Positions 1 to 11,335 of a stretch of DNA of 64,000 nt are shown here, piece after piece (position 1 is the first letter of the stretch; the number at the start of each line of letters is the position of its first letter). The stretch spans positions 3,776,001 through 3,840,000 of the forward strand of contig OZ245817.1 in NCBI GenBank assembly GCA_965228475.1, in the 5' to 3' direction. The stretch is from Myxococcota bacterium. Its GTDB lineage: Bacteria > Myxococcota_A > UBA9160 > JAFDDA01. A program made the translations under genes and the position numbers. Under the pieces are notes generated by a model. It saw nothing but the letters and a program-made list of their open reading frames with translations, was not told where the DNA came from and searched no databases.

Positions 1-84
1 GACCGTCGACGCCTCTCGGCCTCGGACAGCGACGCCGTCGTGCGCGCCTGGCGGGAACGAACCGGAGAGACCCTCGAACCATGA
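1..84 (+). CDS. 3' end of an upstream gene (partial, product unknown)
   Basis: Frame 1 is open from base 1 to a TGA at 82-84, which overlaps the next ATG (ATGA coupling). Confidence 0.45.
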   Translation, partial: DRRRLSASDSDAVVRAWRERTGETLEP

Positions 85-740
85 GTGAACTGCAGCCCGT
101 CGTGATCCTGGGCGCCGGCGCCCAGGGGCGCATCTCGGCCGAGACGTGCCTGGCGCTCGACCGGCCCGTCGCCGGATTCCTCGACGATACGCGCGAACCC
201 GGCTCCCAGATCGACGGCTTCTCCGTGATCGGCGCCTTCGCCGAAGCGACCCGGTCCGAGGGGCTCGCCGACTGTGCCTTCCTCGTCGCGCTCGGCGACC
301 CGGCGGCCCGCGTGGTCTCGAGCCAGGCCATCGAGTTCGCCGGGCGGAAGCTCACGACGCTCGTCCACCCCGATGCCCGCGTGTCGCGGACGGCGCGGGT
401 CGGGCGCGGGAGCTTCGTGAACGCCTTCGCGACGATCTTCCCGGGGGCGACCGTCGGCCCCTTCGCGCTGATCGACAACCACGCGAGCGTCGGCGTCGAC
501 AACCACCTCGGCGCGGGGGTGTTCGTCGGACCGGGCTGCCAGATCAACAGCGGCGTCCGCTGCGGAGAAGGCGTCTACCTGGGTTCGGGCGCGGTGCTGC
601 TGCCCGGGGTGACCGTCGGATCGGGAGCCGTCGTGGGTGCGGGCTCGACCGTCGTGCGCGGGCTTCCCGCGGGCTGCGTCGCCGTCGGAACGCCGGCGCG
701 GCCGCGACCGCAGCCGACCGAATCGCACACGACCCACTGA
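81..740 (+). CDS. NeuD/PglD-family sugar O/N-acetyltransferase (hexapeptide repeat)
   Basis: N-terminal ILGAGAQG, GFLDD, left-handed beta-helix repeats, C-terminal VAVGTPAR. Confidence 0.85.
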   Translation: MSELQPVVILGAGAQGRISAETCLALDRPVAGFLDDTREPGSQIDGFSVIGAFAEATRSEGLADCAFLVALGDPAARVVSSQAIEFAGRKLTTLVHPDARVSRTARVGRGSFVNAFATIFPGATVGPFALIDNHASVGVDNHLGAGVFVGPGCQINSGVRCGEGVYLGSGAVLLPGVTVGSGAVVGAGSTVVRGLPAGCVAVGTPARPRPQPTESHTTH

Positions 741-762
741 TCGCGCCGCCCTGGGGCGAGCG

Positions 763-2775
763 TCAAGCGCCCTGCGGCGCCGCCAGCTCGCTTCGGCCCA
801 CGAAGGCGTCGAGGGCCTCCGGGTTGCGCAGCGCCTTGCGGTTCGGAACCGCGCGCCCGTGGACGGACTCGCGAACCGCGAGCTCGGCGATCTTCCCGGT
901 ATGGGTGTAGGGGACGTCGTCCACCTCGACGATGCAGGCCGGAACGTGGCGGGGCGTCGCCGCATCGCGGATGGCGCGGCGGATCTCGCTCTCGAGTGCG
1001 GCGTCGAGCCCATGGCCCGGCGCGAGCTTCACGAACAGCACGACGCGCACGTCCTCCTTCCACTCCTGGGCGATCGCGACGCTGTCTTCGACCGCCTCGA
1101 GGCGGTTCACCGGGCGGTAGAGCTCGGCCGTCCCGATGCGGATGCCTCCCGGCTTGAGCGTCGCGTCGGAGCGCCCGTGGATCAGGAAGCCGCCGCTCGG
1201 CCCCCAACCGGCCCAGTCGCCGTGGTGCCAGGTGCCCGGGAAGCGTTCGAGGTAGGCCGCGCGAAAGCGCGCCCCGGTCGGATCGTTCCAGAAGCCGAGG
1301 GGCACCGAGGGGAAGGCCTGGCTGCAGACGAGTTCGCCGGAGCCGGTCGCCCTGGGCTTCCCGGCGTCGTCGAAGACTTCGACCTGCATGCCGAGGGCCG
1401 GGACCTGGAGTTCGCCGCGATGGACCGGCCCGGTCGGGTCGCCGGTGGCGAAACAGGTCATGACCTCGGTGCCACCGGAGATCGAGGAGAGGCAGACGTC
1501 GGGTTTCACCTTCTCGTAGACGAAATCGAAGGCGTGTCCGGGTAGCGGCGAGCCCGTCGAGAGGACCGCGCGCAGGTTCGAGAGATCGTGGTGTTCCCCC
1601 GGGCGGGCGCCGCTGCGCCGGAGCCGCTCGAGATAGGCCGGCGACGTCCCGAAGTGCGTGACGCCTTCGGCGGCCGCCATGTGGAAGAGGATCTCCTCGA
1701 CGGGATGGAACGGCGAGCCGTCGTAGAGCACGGCGGTCGCCTCGACGGCCAGGGCCGTCACGAGCCAGTACCACATGTTCCAGCCGGTCGTGGTGAACTG
1801 GAAGAACCGATCGTGGGGCTTCAGGTCGTAGTGGAGCACGTGCTCCTTCATGAGCTGGAGCAACACGCCGCCCTGACCGTGCAGGATGCACTTGGGTGGA
1901 CCGGTCGTACCCGAAGTGAAGAAGACGAAGGCGGGATGGTCGAACGGCAGCCGCTCCGCGTCGAGGTGGAGGGCCGGGTGGTCCGCCAGGAAGCGTTCGA
2001 GGCCGACCTCGCCCGGGAGGCCGGCCGGTTCGCCGACCGAGATCGTGTGTTCGAGCGTCGGGAGCCGGGCTGCGAGGCCACGCAGCATCTCGCGGCGGTC
2101 GTGGAGATTCCCTTTGTAGAGCGAGGAAGCCTGGGCGAACAGGACCCGGGGCTCGAGCGGAGCGAAGCGCTCGGCCAGGGCTTCCGCGCCGAAGTCCGGC
2201 GAAGCCACGGACCAGATCGCGCCGACGGCGTTGGTCGCGAGCATGGCGACCATGGCGTCCGCCTGGTTCGGCAGGACGCCCACCACCCGGTCTCCGCGCC
2301 CGACGCCCATCGCGCGCAGGCCCTTCGCCGCGCGGGCGGTGCGTTCGTGGAGGGCCCGCCAGGAGACCACTTCCCGGCCGCGGTCCTCGCGCCAGCCGAT
2401 GAGGGCCGGGGATTCGTCGCGACGGCGCAGGACGTTCTCTGCAAAGGAGAGCCGCGTGCCGGGGAACCAGCGGCAGCGGGCGATGCTGCGCACGTCGGTC
2501 GCGACGCGTGCATCGTCGCGATCCGCGACGAGGCCGAGCCAGTCGAACAGGAAGCGCCAGAAGTGCTCCGGCTCGGACAGGGAGAAGCGGTGCAGGCTCG
2601 CGTAGTCGGGCAACGAAACGCCGGAATCGGCTTCGAGGCCCAGGCGGAACGACGTCAGGTGTGCGAGGGAGGCCCGGCGCTCGGTCGGCGCCCAGAGGCG
2701 CTCTCCGAGCCCGCCCGCGCGCGAGCGCTTCGCGGCCACCGCGCCACCGCCGCGGCTAGCACTCGCGGGCGTCAT
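763..2775 (-). CDS. acetoacetate--CoA ligase (acetoacetyl-CoA synthetase)
   Basis: TSGTTGPPK AMP-binding loop, FTTTGWNMW, SISGGTE, GRSDATLKPGGIRIG; start trimmed to ATG 2775 because the longer ORF overlaps the cupin gene. Confidence 0.88.
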   Translation of the reverse strand: MTPASASRGGGAVAAKRSRAGGLGERLWAPTERRASLAHLTSFRLGLEADSGVSLPDYASLHRFSLSEPEHFWRFLFDWLGLVADRDDARVATDVRSIARCRWFPGTRLSFAENVLRRRDESPALIGWREDRGREVVSWRALHERTARAAKGLRAMGVGRGDRVVGVLPNQADAMVAMLATNAVGAIWSVASPDFGAEALAERFAPLEPRVLFAQASSLYKGNLHDRREMLRGLAARLPTLEHTISVGEPAGLPGEVGLERFLADHPALHLDAERLPFDHPAFVFFTSGTTGPPKCILHGQGGVLLQLMKEHVLHYDLKPHDRFFQFTTTGWNMWYWLVTALAVEATAVLYDGSPFHPVEEILFHMAAAEGVTHFGTSPAYLERLRRSGARPGEHHDLSNLRAVLSTGSPLPGHAFDFVYEKVKPDVCLSSISGGTEVMTCFATGDPTGPVHRGELQVPALGMQVEVFDDAGKPRATGSGELVCSQAFPSVPLGFWNDPTGARFRAAYLERFPGTWHHGDWAGWGPSGGFLIHGRSDATLKPGGIRIGTAELYRPVNRLEAVEDSVAIAQEWKEDVRVVLFVKLAPGHGLDAALESEIRRAIRDAATPRHVPACIVEVDDVPYTHTGKIAELAVRESVHGRAVPNRKALRNPEALDAFVGRSELAAPQGA

Positions 2776-2792
2776 GGGAGCGGTGTGTTTCC

Positions 2793-3545
2793 CTAGCGCG
2801 TCCGAATCGCATCGATCTGCGAAGCGGAGACGCCGTCGACGACGGTGCGGTTGATCATCGGGTGGATCTCGTCGGTCGGCCCGTAGTCGCTGTCGGGGTG
2901 GTACGCGATCACGACCATGTCGGAGCCACGCAGCGTGCGGAACTTGTGACGCCCCTCGGCGTGGATGCGGAAGATCTTCCCGGCTTCGAGCTTCTCGACG
3001 CCGTCCGGCGTCACGCAATCGCCGCGGCCCCAGAGGATCAGGCCGATCCGGTCCGAAGGATGCGTGTGCGCGGTCTGGTCGATGCCTTCCGGGAAGTAGA
3101 GCAGGTTCAGGCACGGGTCGCCGAGCTTGATCGGCGCGACGAGCAGGGAGTCCGTGCAGCCGTCGATGTACTTGAGCCGGCCGCCGCGCTCGACGGGGCC
3201 ACCGACCTGGAAGAAGCTCTCGTGACCGACGCGGGTCATGGCGATGCCGCGTCCACCGCGGACCTCGCCTTCGCCCGGCACCGAGAAGTACATGCCTTCG
3301 CAGAGCTCGAAGCGGCCCTGGGGCACCTCGAGCACGGCACCGCCCTCCGCGACGAATCCGAAGTGCGAGCCGTTCGGCGAGAGGGCGAGCGGCGCCTCGT
3401 CCCAGGCGGACAGGACGCTCGGAAAGTTCGGGTCGCAGTCGGCGAGCTGCCCGGTCTGCCATTCGTAGGAGGAGAAGGCGGTGCGGGGGCCGCGGTTGCG
3501 GCGCGAGGCGGGAAGCGGCGTGGCGGGCGTGGTCTGGGTGTTCAT
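2793..3545 (-). CDS. cupin-domain protein
   Basis: QTAHTHPS...GRHKFRT cupin His motifs; GGAG RBS before ATG 3545. Confidence 0.75.
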   Translation of the reverse strand: MNTQTTPATPLPASRRNRGPRTAFSSYEWQTGQLADCDPNFPSVLSAWDEAPLALSPNGSHFGFVAEGGAVLEVPQGRFELCEGMYFSVPGEGEVRGGRGIAMTRVGHESFFQVGGPVERGGRLKYIDGCTDSLLVAPIKLGDPCLNLLYFPEGIDQTAHTHPSDRIGLILWGRGDCVTPDGVEKLEAGKIFRIHAEGRHKFRTLRGSDMVVIAYHPDSDYGPTDEIHPMINRTVVDGVSASQIDAIRTR

Positions 3546-3778
3546 GACTTTCTCCGTCGGGCCGCCTGGATCCGGTCGCGGGCGGCGCTTCGATGACGCG
3601 AATTCCGTCATGTGGATCGGTCGCCGGAGGCCGCGAGTTGAGCGCAAGGCCTCGGATTTGATCTTTGAAACCGGAGCGTTGGGGGCAAGCCCGCACGCCG
3701 CCTGCGGCGAACGTGCGAGCCGGGTGCTCGGGGTTTCCCCCTAGCCGGGGGCGGCCACGCCGTGGGCGCGTCGGATGC

Positions 3779-5449
3779 CTAGGCGCGCAGCACCCGCCCG
3801 GGCAGCGCCTCGGACGCCCCGAGCACGTCGCTACCGGCGCGACGCAGGATGGTGCCGTTCACCACGACCGCCTCGATGCCCGTGGCGTCCGAGACGAGAC
3901 GGTCGGCACCTGCCGGGAAGTCGTGGACGCGGCGCAGCGGGGTACACCCGACCGTGTCGGGGTCGAAGATCGCCACGTCCCCGGCCATGCCCGGCGCGAG
4001 GCGTCCGCGATCGGACAGCCCGAAGAGCTCCGCGGGCTGGGAGGTCAGTCGGCGCACGCCCTCCTCGAGCGGCATCGCGCGCCGCTCCCGAACCCAGTGG
4101 CCGAGCAGGTGCGTCGGCGCACAGGCGTCACAGAGCTGGCTCGCGTGGGCGCCGGCATCGCTCAGGCCGAGCACGCTGGCGGGATGCGTCAGGAGTTCCC
4201 CGACGACGTCTTCGTCGGTGTTGGCGACGGCCATGCGGAAGCGGGCCTCGAGATCGCTCTCGAGGGAGAGGTCGAGCACGAGGTCCGCCGGGTGGAGGCC
4301 CCGTTCCTCCGCGACCTCGGCGAGGTTGCGCTCCGCGAGTTCCTCCTGGCCGGGCACCGCCGAGATCGTCGTCTCCTCCCAGGCGCCGGCGAGGAGACCG
4401 CCGCTGCCCTTCTCGCGGAAGTCCGCGCGGAAGGCGGGGTCGGCGTAGATCGCCTTGCGGCCCTCGAGGTCCGCGGCCGAGACCGGCTCGAAGATGCCGA
4501 GGCTCTGGAAGGGAAACGGCGCCTTCATCTGGTACTCGGTCATGAGCGGGCGGCAGGAGACCTGGGGCCAGACGGGTGCGCCGGACTGCTGGAGCTTCTC
4601 GCACTTCTCGAGAATGCTGCGGTGGCCGTCCGCACCGAACATGCCGGCGAGCAGCGCCGTCCAGGTGACCGGGCGCCCCGTCGCCCGGGCGAAGCGCTCG
4701 AACGGTTCGAGGAACAGGCCGCGGCCGACCGTCGCCTGGAAGACGCCGCGCCCGGCCTCGCCGAGACACCCGACGAGCGTCTCGATCTCTTCGATGCTCG
4801 CGGCTCGGCTCGGCACCGGCTTGCCCGCGTAGCCGACGTGGGTCGGCGCCTTCGAGGTCGCGAAGCCGACGGCGCCCGCCTCGAGGGCTTCGGCCACGCC
4901 GCGTCGCATCGTTTCGATCTCGTCCGGCGTCGCCTCGCGCTCGGTGGCGTCCTCGCCCATGGCGTGGAGGCGCAGCGGCGTATGGCCGACGAGGGCGGCG
5001 AAGTTGACGGCGGTCCCGCGCGCTTCGACGGCGTCGAGATACTCGGGGAAGGTTTCGAAGGGCCACTCTTCTCCGACGCCTTCCCGCAGCGCGGCCAGGG
5101 ACATCCCCTCCACGTTCTCGAGCGTGCGCAGGATGAGGTCCCGGTGGGCGGCGCGCGTCGGCGCGATGCCGAAGCCACAGTTGCCGACGACGACGGTCGT
5201 CACGCCGTGCCACGGCGAGATCGTGAGCATGCGGTCCCAGAGCACCTGGGCGTCGTAGTGGGTGTGGATGTCGACGAAGCCCGGTGCGACGGCATGACCC
5301 GCGGCGTCGACCACCTCGGCCGCCTCTCCCGGAAGCTCCGGCTCGATGGCCGCGATGCGGCCACCGGTGATGCCGACGTCGGCGCGGCGGGCCGGCGCAC
5401 CGGTCCCGTCGACGACGTCCCCGCCCCGGATCAAGAGGTCGAAACCCAT
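3779..5449 (-). CDS. N-acyl-D-amino-acid deacylase family amidohydrolase
   Basis: PGFVDIHTHYD, GNCG, SDAGAH, RGRLAPGMAGDV; GGGAGG RBS. Confidence 0.85.
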   Translation of the reverse strand: MGFDLLIRGGDVVDGTGAPARRADVGITGGRIAAIEPELPGEAAEVVDAAGHAVAPGFVDIHTHYDAQVLWDRMLTISPWHGVTTVVVGNCGFGIAPTRAAHRDLILRTLENVEGMSLAALREGVGEEWPFETFPEYLDAVEARGTAVNFAALVGHTPLRLHAMGEDATEREATPDEIETMRRGVAEALEAGAVGFATSKAPTHVGYAGKPVPSRAASIEEIETLVGCLGEAGRGVFQATVGRGLFLEPFERFARATGRPVTWTALLAGMFGADGHRSILEKCEKLQQSGAPVWPQVSCRPLMTEYQMKAPFPFQSLGIFEPVSAADLEGRKAIYADPAFRADFREKGSGGLLAGAWEETTISAVPGQEELAERNLAEVAEERGLHPADLVLDLSLESDLEARFRMAVANTDEDVVGELLTHPASVLGLSDAGAHASQLCDACAPTHLLGHWVRERRAMPLEEGVRRLTSQPAELFGLSDRGRLAPGMAGDVAIFDPDTVGCTPLRRVHDFPAGADRLVSDATGIEAVVVNGTILRRAGSDVLGASEALPGRVLRA

Positions 5450-5600
5450 GCGCACAGCCTCCCGGAGCCAGCCTACACGCCGCGGGACCGCCGAGGGAAG
5501 CATGGACCCCCCGATCCGGCGAAAGCCGGATCGAACCGAGGCCCCTGCGCGCCGATGAGGAAGTCGGGACGCCCGCGTTCCGACGGAGGCCCGAGACCCG

Positions 5601-6731
5601 ATGTTCTGGAAGCGCCGCGAAGCCCCCAAGGCCCAGCCGAAACCGTCTGCAGCGGCGCCCAGCGCGAAGGATGCAGCCCTCCTCGAGGCCGCCCTCGACG
5701 CCGTGGCCGACTTCCTGCGCGCCTACGGTTCCCACGGATTCGAGATCGAGCACTGGAACCCCGAGGATCTCGAGGCGCACTGCCAGGCCTGGGCACAGCA
5801 CCTGCTGGTCGGAACCCCGGAGCCCAACCGGACCCGGGTCGCCACCGCCGAAGCGCCTCCGCCGGGCCCGCCGCGCCGCAACTGGGCCGGGGCGCGGCGC
5901 TTCGTCTCCGAGCATCGCGAGGCGGAAGTGAGCGACGTGCAGGAGGGCATCGCGAGCATGCGCGACGCGCTCTGGGCCTTCATCCAGGCCCTCTCCCACA
6001 GCCTGCGCGACGACCGCTCGGGCGACGGTCAGCTCCTGCGACAGATGCACCGCCTGAAGAGCGCCGTCGACCAGAACCGCCCGGACGAGATCCGCTCCCA
6101 CGCACTCGAAGCCGTGGACCTCGTCCGCGACGTCGTCGAAGCGCGCAAGGGCCGGCAGAGCCGCCAGATGGAGGCGCTCGGCGCGCGGGTCGAGGAGATG
6201 CGCAGCCGCCTGAACCAGGCGCGCAAGGCCGCCTCCATCGACCCCTTGACCACGCTGTTCAACCGGGCCGCCTTCGACGAGCACGTGCAGCACGTCGCCG
6301 ATCTCGGCCAGGCGTTCGGGCGCTCGGCGTGCCTCGTGCTCGTCGACATCGACCACTTCAAGTGGCTGAACGACCGCTACGGACACCAGGCCGGCGACGC
6401 CGCGCTGCGCGCCCTCGGCGAATGTCTGAACCAGGTCTTCCTGCGCAAGGCGGACTTCGTCGCCCGCTACGGGGGCGAGGAGTTCGCCGTCGTGCTCGAC
6501 GCGGAAGAGATCGAGGGAGCCACCGTGGCGGCCGAGCGCATGCTCGAATCGATCCGCGCGATCGAGGTCGAACACGGCGACGAGCAGCTCCGCATCACCG
6601 CGTCGGCGGGGCTCTCCCGGCTCGTTCCCGGCGAGGACATCACCGGCTGGATCGAGCGGGCGGACCAGGCGCTCTACCGCGCCAAGGACGGCGGGCGCGA
6701 TCGGCTGGCCCTCGAGAACGAATCCGCCTGA
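5601..6731 (+). CDS. diguanylate cyclase (GGDEF) with helical N-terminal region
   Basis: DPLTTLFNR, DIDHFKWLNDRYGH, RKAD I-site, GGEEF active site. Confidence 0.9.
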   Translation: MFWKRREAPKAQPKPSAAAPSAKDAALLEAALDAVADFLRAYGSHGFEIEHWNPEDLEAHCQAWAQHLLVGTPEPNRTRVATAEAPPPGPPRRNWAGARRFVSEHREAEVSDVQEGIASMRDALWAFIQALSHSLRDDRSGDGQLLRQMHRLKSAVDQNRPDEIRSHALEAVDLVRDVVEARKGRQSRQMEALGARVEEMRSRLNQARKAASIDPLTTLFNRAAFDEHVQHVADLGQAFGRSACLVLVDIDHFKWLNDRYGHQAGDAALRALGECLNQVFLRKADFVARYGGEEFAVVLDAEEIEGATVAAERMLESIRAIEVEHGDEQLRITASAGLSRLVPGEDITGWIERADQALYRAKDGGRDRLALENESA

Positions 6732-6753
6732 CCCGCATTGCCGGAATGGCTCG

Positions 6754-7755
6754 CTAGCGGCCGCCCCGTCCCGGCAGCAGATGGCCGAGGGACCAGCGCT
6801 CGATCCGGTAGCGAAGCGTGCTGCGCGGAATGCCGAGGCTCCGCGCCGCACGCCGCACGTTCCCACCGCACTCCGCGAGAACCCGGACGACCCGCTCGCG
6901 CGTCATGGCCTCGTCCGGCCGCACGTGCGTCAGCGGTTTCGCCGACGCCGGCGCGGGCCGTCGAGAGAGCGCGCGCTCGATGGCGACCGGATCGAGGCGC
7001 CCCTCGAGCGTCAGCACCCGCTCGACGACGTTCGCCAGCTCCCGAACGTTTCCCGGCCAGTCGTGCTGCGCGAGCGCGTCCAGCACGTCGGGGGTCGGCG
7101 GCTCCGTGACTCCGAACGCGGCCTGGAGCTGTTCGAGCAGCGCCGGCAGATCCTCGCGCCGCTCTCGCAGGGGAGGGACGCGCAGGGAGAGCACGTCGAG
7201 CCGATAGAACAGGTCGCTGCGGAAACGCCCGGCCGCGACCTGGGCCGGGAGGTCCCGGTGGGTCGCGGCGACGACCCGCGCCCGCAGGTGCAGCGTCTCC
7301 ACCCCTCCGACCCGTTCGTACTCGCGGTCCTGAAGCACGCGCAGGAGCTTCGCCTGGAGCTCGGGCGCGAGGTCGCCGATCTCGTCGAGGAAGAGCGTTC
7401 CCCGGCCGGCCAGCTCGAACCGGCCCGGCCGCCTCGCGACGGCGTCGGTGAAGGCGCCGCGCTCGTGTCCGAACAGTTCGCTCTCGATCACGGTCGGCGA
7501 GAGCGCCGCGCAGTCGACGTGGACGAAGGGACGACCGCGCCGGGCGCTTCGCGCGTGGAGCGCCCTCGCGACCAGGCCCTTCCCGCTCCCGGTCTCGCCC
7601 CAGATCAAGACGCTGGCGTCGCTCGCCGCGACGCGCGGGAGCTCCGCCCGCAGCCGGACGATGCCCTCGCTCTGCCCCACTAGATCGTGCCGCACGGACC
7701 CATCGCGCTCCCCGGAACCGATCTCAGGGAAGCGCGGACGCACGTTTCCGATCAA
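6754..7755 (-). CDS. sigma-54-dependent enhancer-binding protein (AAA+ and Fis HTH, no N-terminal sensor domain)
   Basis: GETGSGK Walker [41 protein letters not shown]-terminal HTH; start codon uncertain. Confidence 0.85.
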   Translation of the reverse strand: MIGNVRPRFPEIGSGERDGSVRHDLVGQSEGIVRLRAELPRVAASDASVLIWGETGSGKGLVARALHARSARRGRPFVHVDCAALSPTVIESELFGHERGAFTDAVARRPGRFELAGRGTLFLDEIGDLAPELQAKLLRVLQDREYERVGGVETLHLRARVVAATHRDLPAQVAAGRFRSDLFYRLDVLSLRVPPLRERREDLPALLEQLQAAFGVTEPPTPDVLDALAQHDWPGNVRELANVVERVLTLEGRLDPVAIERALSRRPAPASAKPLTHVRPDEAMTRERVVRVLAECGGNVRRAARSLGIPRSTLRYRIERWSLGHLLPGRGGR

Positions 7756-7891
7756 CCGTCGAGCGAGGCAGGTTCTTGCCGGCGGCTGCTGGCGAGCTGC
7801 CGCGGGGCTTCCGGCTCAAGCAAGCTTCAGGGGCGGCTCGGCCTCCACCGGGGAGGGGGAACCGGGAGGTCCGGTCCGGCATCCTACTGCC

Positions 7892-8857
<966 letters not shown>

Positions 8858-8892
8858 CGTTCGCCGAAGCCCCGCTCGCCCCGGGGAGTTCC

Positions 8893-9498
8893 GTGCTGAA
8901 GCGAATCGCCCGTCCGTCCGTGGTCGCCACCCTCGGCCTGATTCCGCTCGCCGTCGTCGCCGGGCGCTTCTTCTTCGGCGACGGGCTCGGTGCAGAGCCC
9001 GTCGAGGTCGCCACCCACGTCACCGGGGAGTGGGCCCTGCGCCTCCTGCTCTTGACCCTCGCGATCACCCCGCTGCGCATCGCCTTCGGGTTCCGCCACC
9101 TCGCCCCGCTGCGCCGCACCCTCGGCCTGCTCGCCTTCACCTACGCGACGCTCCACATGCTGACCTGGCTCGCCCTCGACCAGACCTTCGACTGGGCCTT
9201 CATCGTCGAGGACGTGACCGAGCGCCCCTTCGTGATGGCCGGGCTCGCCTCCTTCCTCGCGATGGTGCCCCTGGCGGCCACCTCTTCGCGGGCGGCGATC
9301 CGCCGGCTCGGACGCCGCTGGGTCCGGCTCCACCGGCTCGTCTACTTCGCCGCGATCGCCGCCATCGCCCACTACGTCTGGCTGGTAAAGGCGGATCTCC
9401 TCGCCCCGCTCGTACATGGGGCCATCCTGGCCCTCCTGCTCGGCTGGCGGGTCCTCGAAGCCCGGCGGCGGAGTCAGGGCGCGCAGGCTCAGGGCTGA
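8893..9498 (+). CDS. msrQ: MsrQ heme-binding membrane subunit
   Basis: TGEWAL, LAITPLR, RRTLGL..F.YATLH, WVRLHRLVY; directly follows msrP. Confidence 0.9.
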   Translation: MLKRIARPSVVATLGLIPLAVVAGRFFFGDGLGAEPVEVATHVTGEWALRLLLLTLAITPLRIAFGFRHLAPLRRTLGLLAFTYATLHMLTWLALDQTFDWAFIVEDVTERPFVMAGLASFLAMVPLAATSSRAAIRRLGRRWVRLHRLVYFAAIAAIAHYVWLVKADLLAPLVHGAILALLLGWRVLEARRRSQGAQAQG

Positions 9499-9613
9499 AC
9501 GCTTCGTTTTTGTTCCATTTCCAGCTCGGTTTCTTCTATAAAGCCCACCTCGGCCCCAACCGGCTCAGATCCGCGCGGCGTCCGTTCGCGCTCACGGGCT
9601 GCAAGGAGAAGCA

Positions 9614-10957
9614 ATGCACCTCGCCCCGTCCCTCCGCGAAACCCGCCTCCGGGCCCTTCCGGCGATCGCCGCCGCCCTCGGCGCGGGGCTCGCATCCCCG
9701 GCCGCCGCCCAGGAGACGAGCCTCGACAGCGGCGACACGGCCTGGATCCTGGTCTCGAGCGCACTCGTCCTGTTCATGACCATCCCGGGCCTCGCCCTCT
9801 TCTACGGCGGGCTCGTCCGCACGAAGAACGTCCTGTCGGTCCTGATGCAGTGCCTCGCGCTGACCGCGCTCTGCACCCTGCTCTGGCTCGCCTGCGGCTA
9901 CAGCCTCGCCTTCGACACCACGGGCATGGCGGCGGGGACGACCAACCTCCACAGCTTCATCGGAAGCTTCGGCAAAGCCTTCGCGAGCGGGCTCACCGTC
10001 GACGCGCTCTCGGGCACGATCCCCGAGATCCTCTTCTTCGTCTTCCAGATGACCTTCGCGATCATCACGCCGGCCCTGATCGTCGGCGCCTTCGCCGAGC
10101 GCATGAAGTTCAGCGCGATGCTCTGGTTCTCCGGCGTCTGGCTGATCCTCGTCTACACCCCGATCTGCCACATGACCTGGGGCGGCGACGGCGGCTGGTT
10201 CTGGGACATGGGCGTGTTCGACTTCGCCGGCGGGATCGTCGTGCACATCACGGCGGGCGTGGCGGCACTCGTGGCGTGCATCGTGATCGGACCCCGGCAC
10301 CGCTACCTCGAGGCCGCGATGCCCCCCCACAACATGACGATGTGCGCGACGGGCACGGGCATGCTGTGGGTCGGCTGGTACGGCTTCAACGGCGGCAGCG
10401 CGCTCTCGGCCAGCGGCGACGCGGCCATGGCGATCGCCGTGACGCAGATCTCCGCGTCGACCGCGGCGCTCACCTGGATGTTCATCGAGTGGACCCAGAA
10501 CGGGAAGCCGAGCGTGCTCGGGCTCGCGACGGGCGCCATCGCCGGCCTCGCCGCCGTGACGCCCGCCTCGGGCTTCATCGGCCCGATCGGCGGCTTCGGA
10601 ATTGGCCTGGCCTCGGGCTTCATCTGCTGGTGGGCCTCGACCGTGATCAAGATCAAGCTCGGCTACGACGACTCCCTCGACGTCTTCGGCGTGCACGGGG
10701 TCGGCGGCTTCGTCGGCACGATGCTCGTCGCCGTGTTCGCCTCGGGCACCTTCGGCGGCAAGGAGGGCGATCTCGCCATCGCGTCGCAGTTCGGGGTCCA
10801 GCTGCTCGCGAGCGTCGTGACCATCGTCTACACCGGGATCATGAGCTACGGAATCCTGAAGGCGATCGACGCCACGATCGGCCTCCGCGTCACCCAGGAG
10901 CACGAGGTCATGGGTCTCGACACCACCCTTCACGCCGAAACGGGTTACGACCTCTAG
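9614..10957 (+). CDS. amtB: ammonium transporter (Amt), copy 1
   Basis: GDTAW, PGLALFYGG, FQMTFAIIT, DFAGGIVVH, DDSLDVFGVHG (twin His intact); AAGGAG RBS. Confidence 0.95.
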   Translation: MHLAPSLRETRLRALPAIAAALGAGLASPAAAQETSLDSGDTAWILVSSALVLFMTIPGLALFYGGLVRTKNVLSVLMQCLALTALCTLLWLACGYSLAFDTTGMAAGTTNLHSFIGSFGKAFASGLTVDALSGTIPEILFFVFQMTFAIITPALIVGAFAERMKFSAMLWFSGVWLILVYTPICHMTWGGDGGWFWDMGVFDFAGGIVVHITAGVAALVACIVIGPRHRYLEAAMPPHNMTMCATGTGMLWVGWYGFNGGSALSASGDAAMAIAVTQISASTAALTWMFIEWTQNGKPSVLGLATGAIAGLAAVTPASGFIGPIGGFGIGLASGFICWWASTVIKIKLGYDDSLDVFGVHGVGGFVGTMLVAVFASGTFGGKEGDLAIASQFGVQLLASVVTIVYTGIMSYGILKAIDATIGLRVTQEHEVMGLDTTLHAETGYDL

Positions 10958-10971
10958 GGCCTCGCCTCTAG

Positions 10972-11331
<360 letters not shown>

Positions 11332-11335
11332 TCGC

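Noticed and set aside
763..3696. 977-aa ORF suggesting an N-terminally extended acetoacetyl-CoA synthetase
   Set aside because: The first 300 or so residues are an Arg/Pro-rich off-frame reading of the cupin gene; homology starts near 2775
3665..6866. Very long overlapping ORFs (1030 aa plus strand, 912 aa minus strand) and similar shadows such as 27650-30826 and 39979-42981
   Set aside because: Antisense or off-frame shadows of real genes, expected at about 70% GC where stop codons are scarce; no motifs
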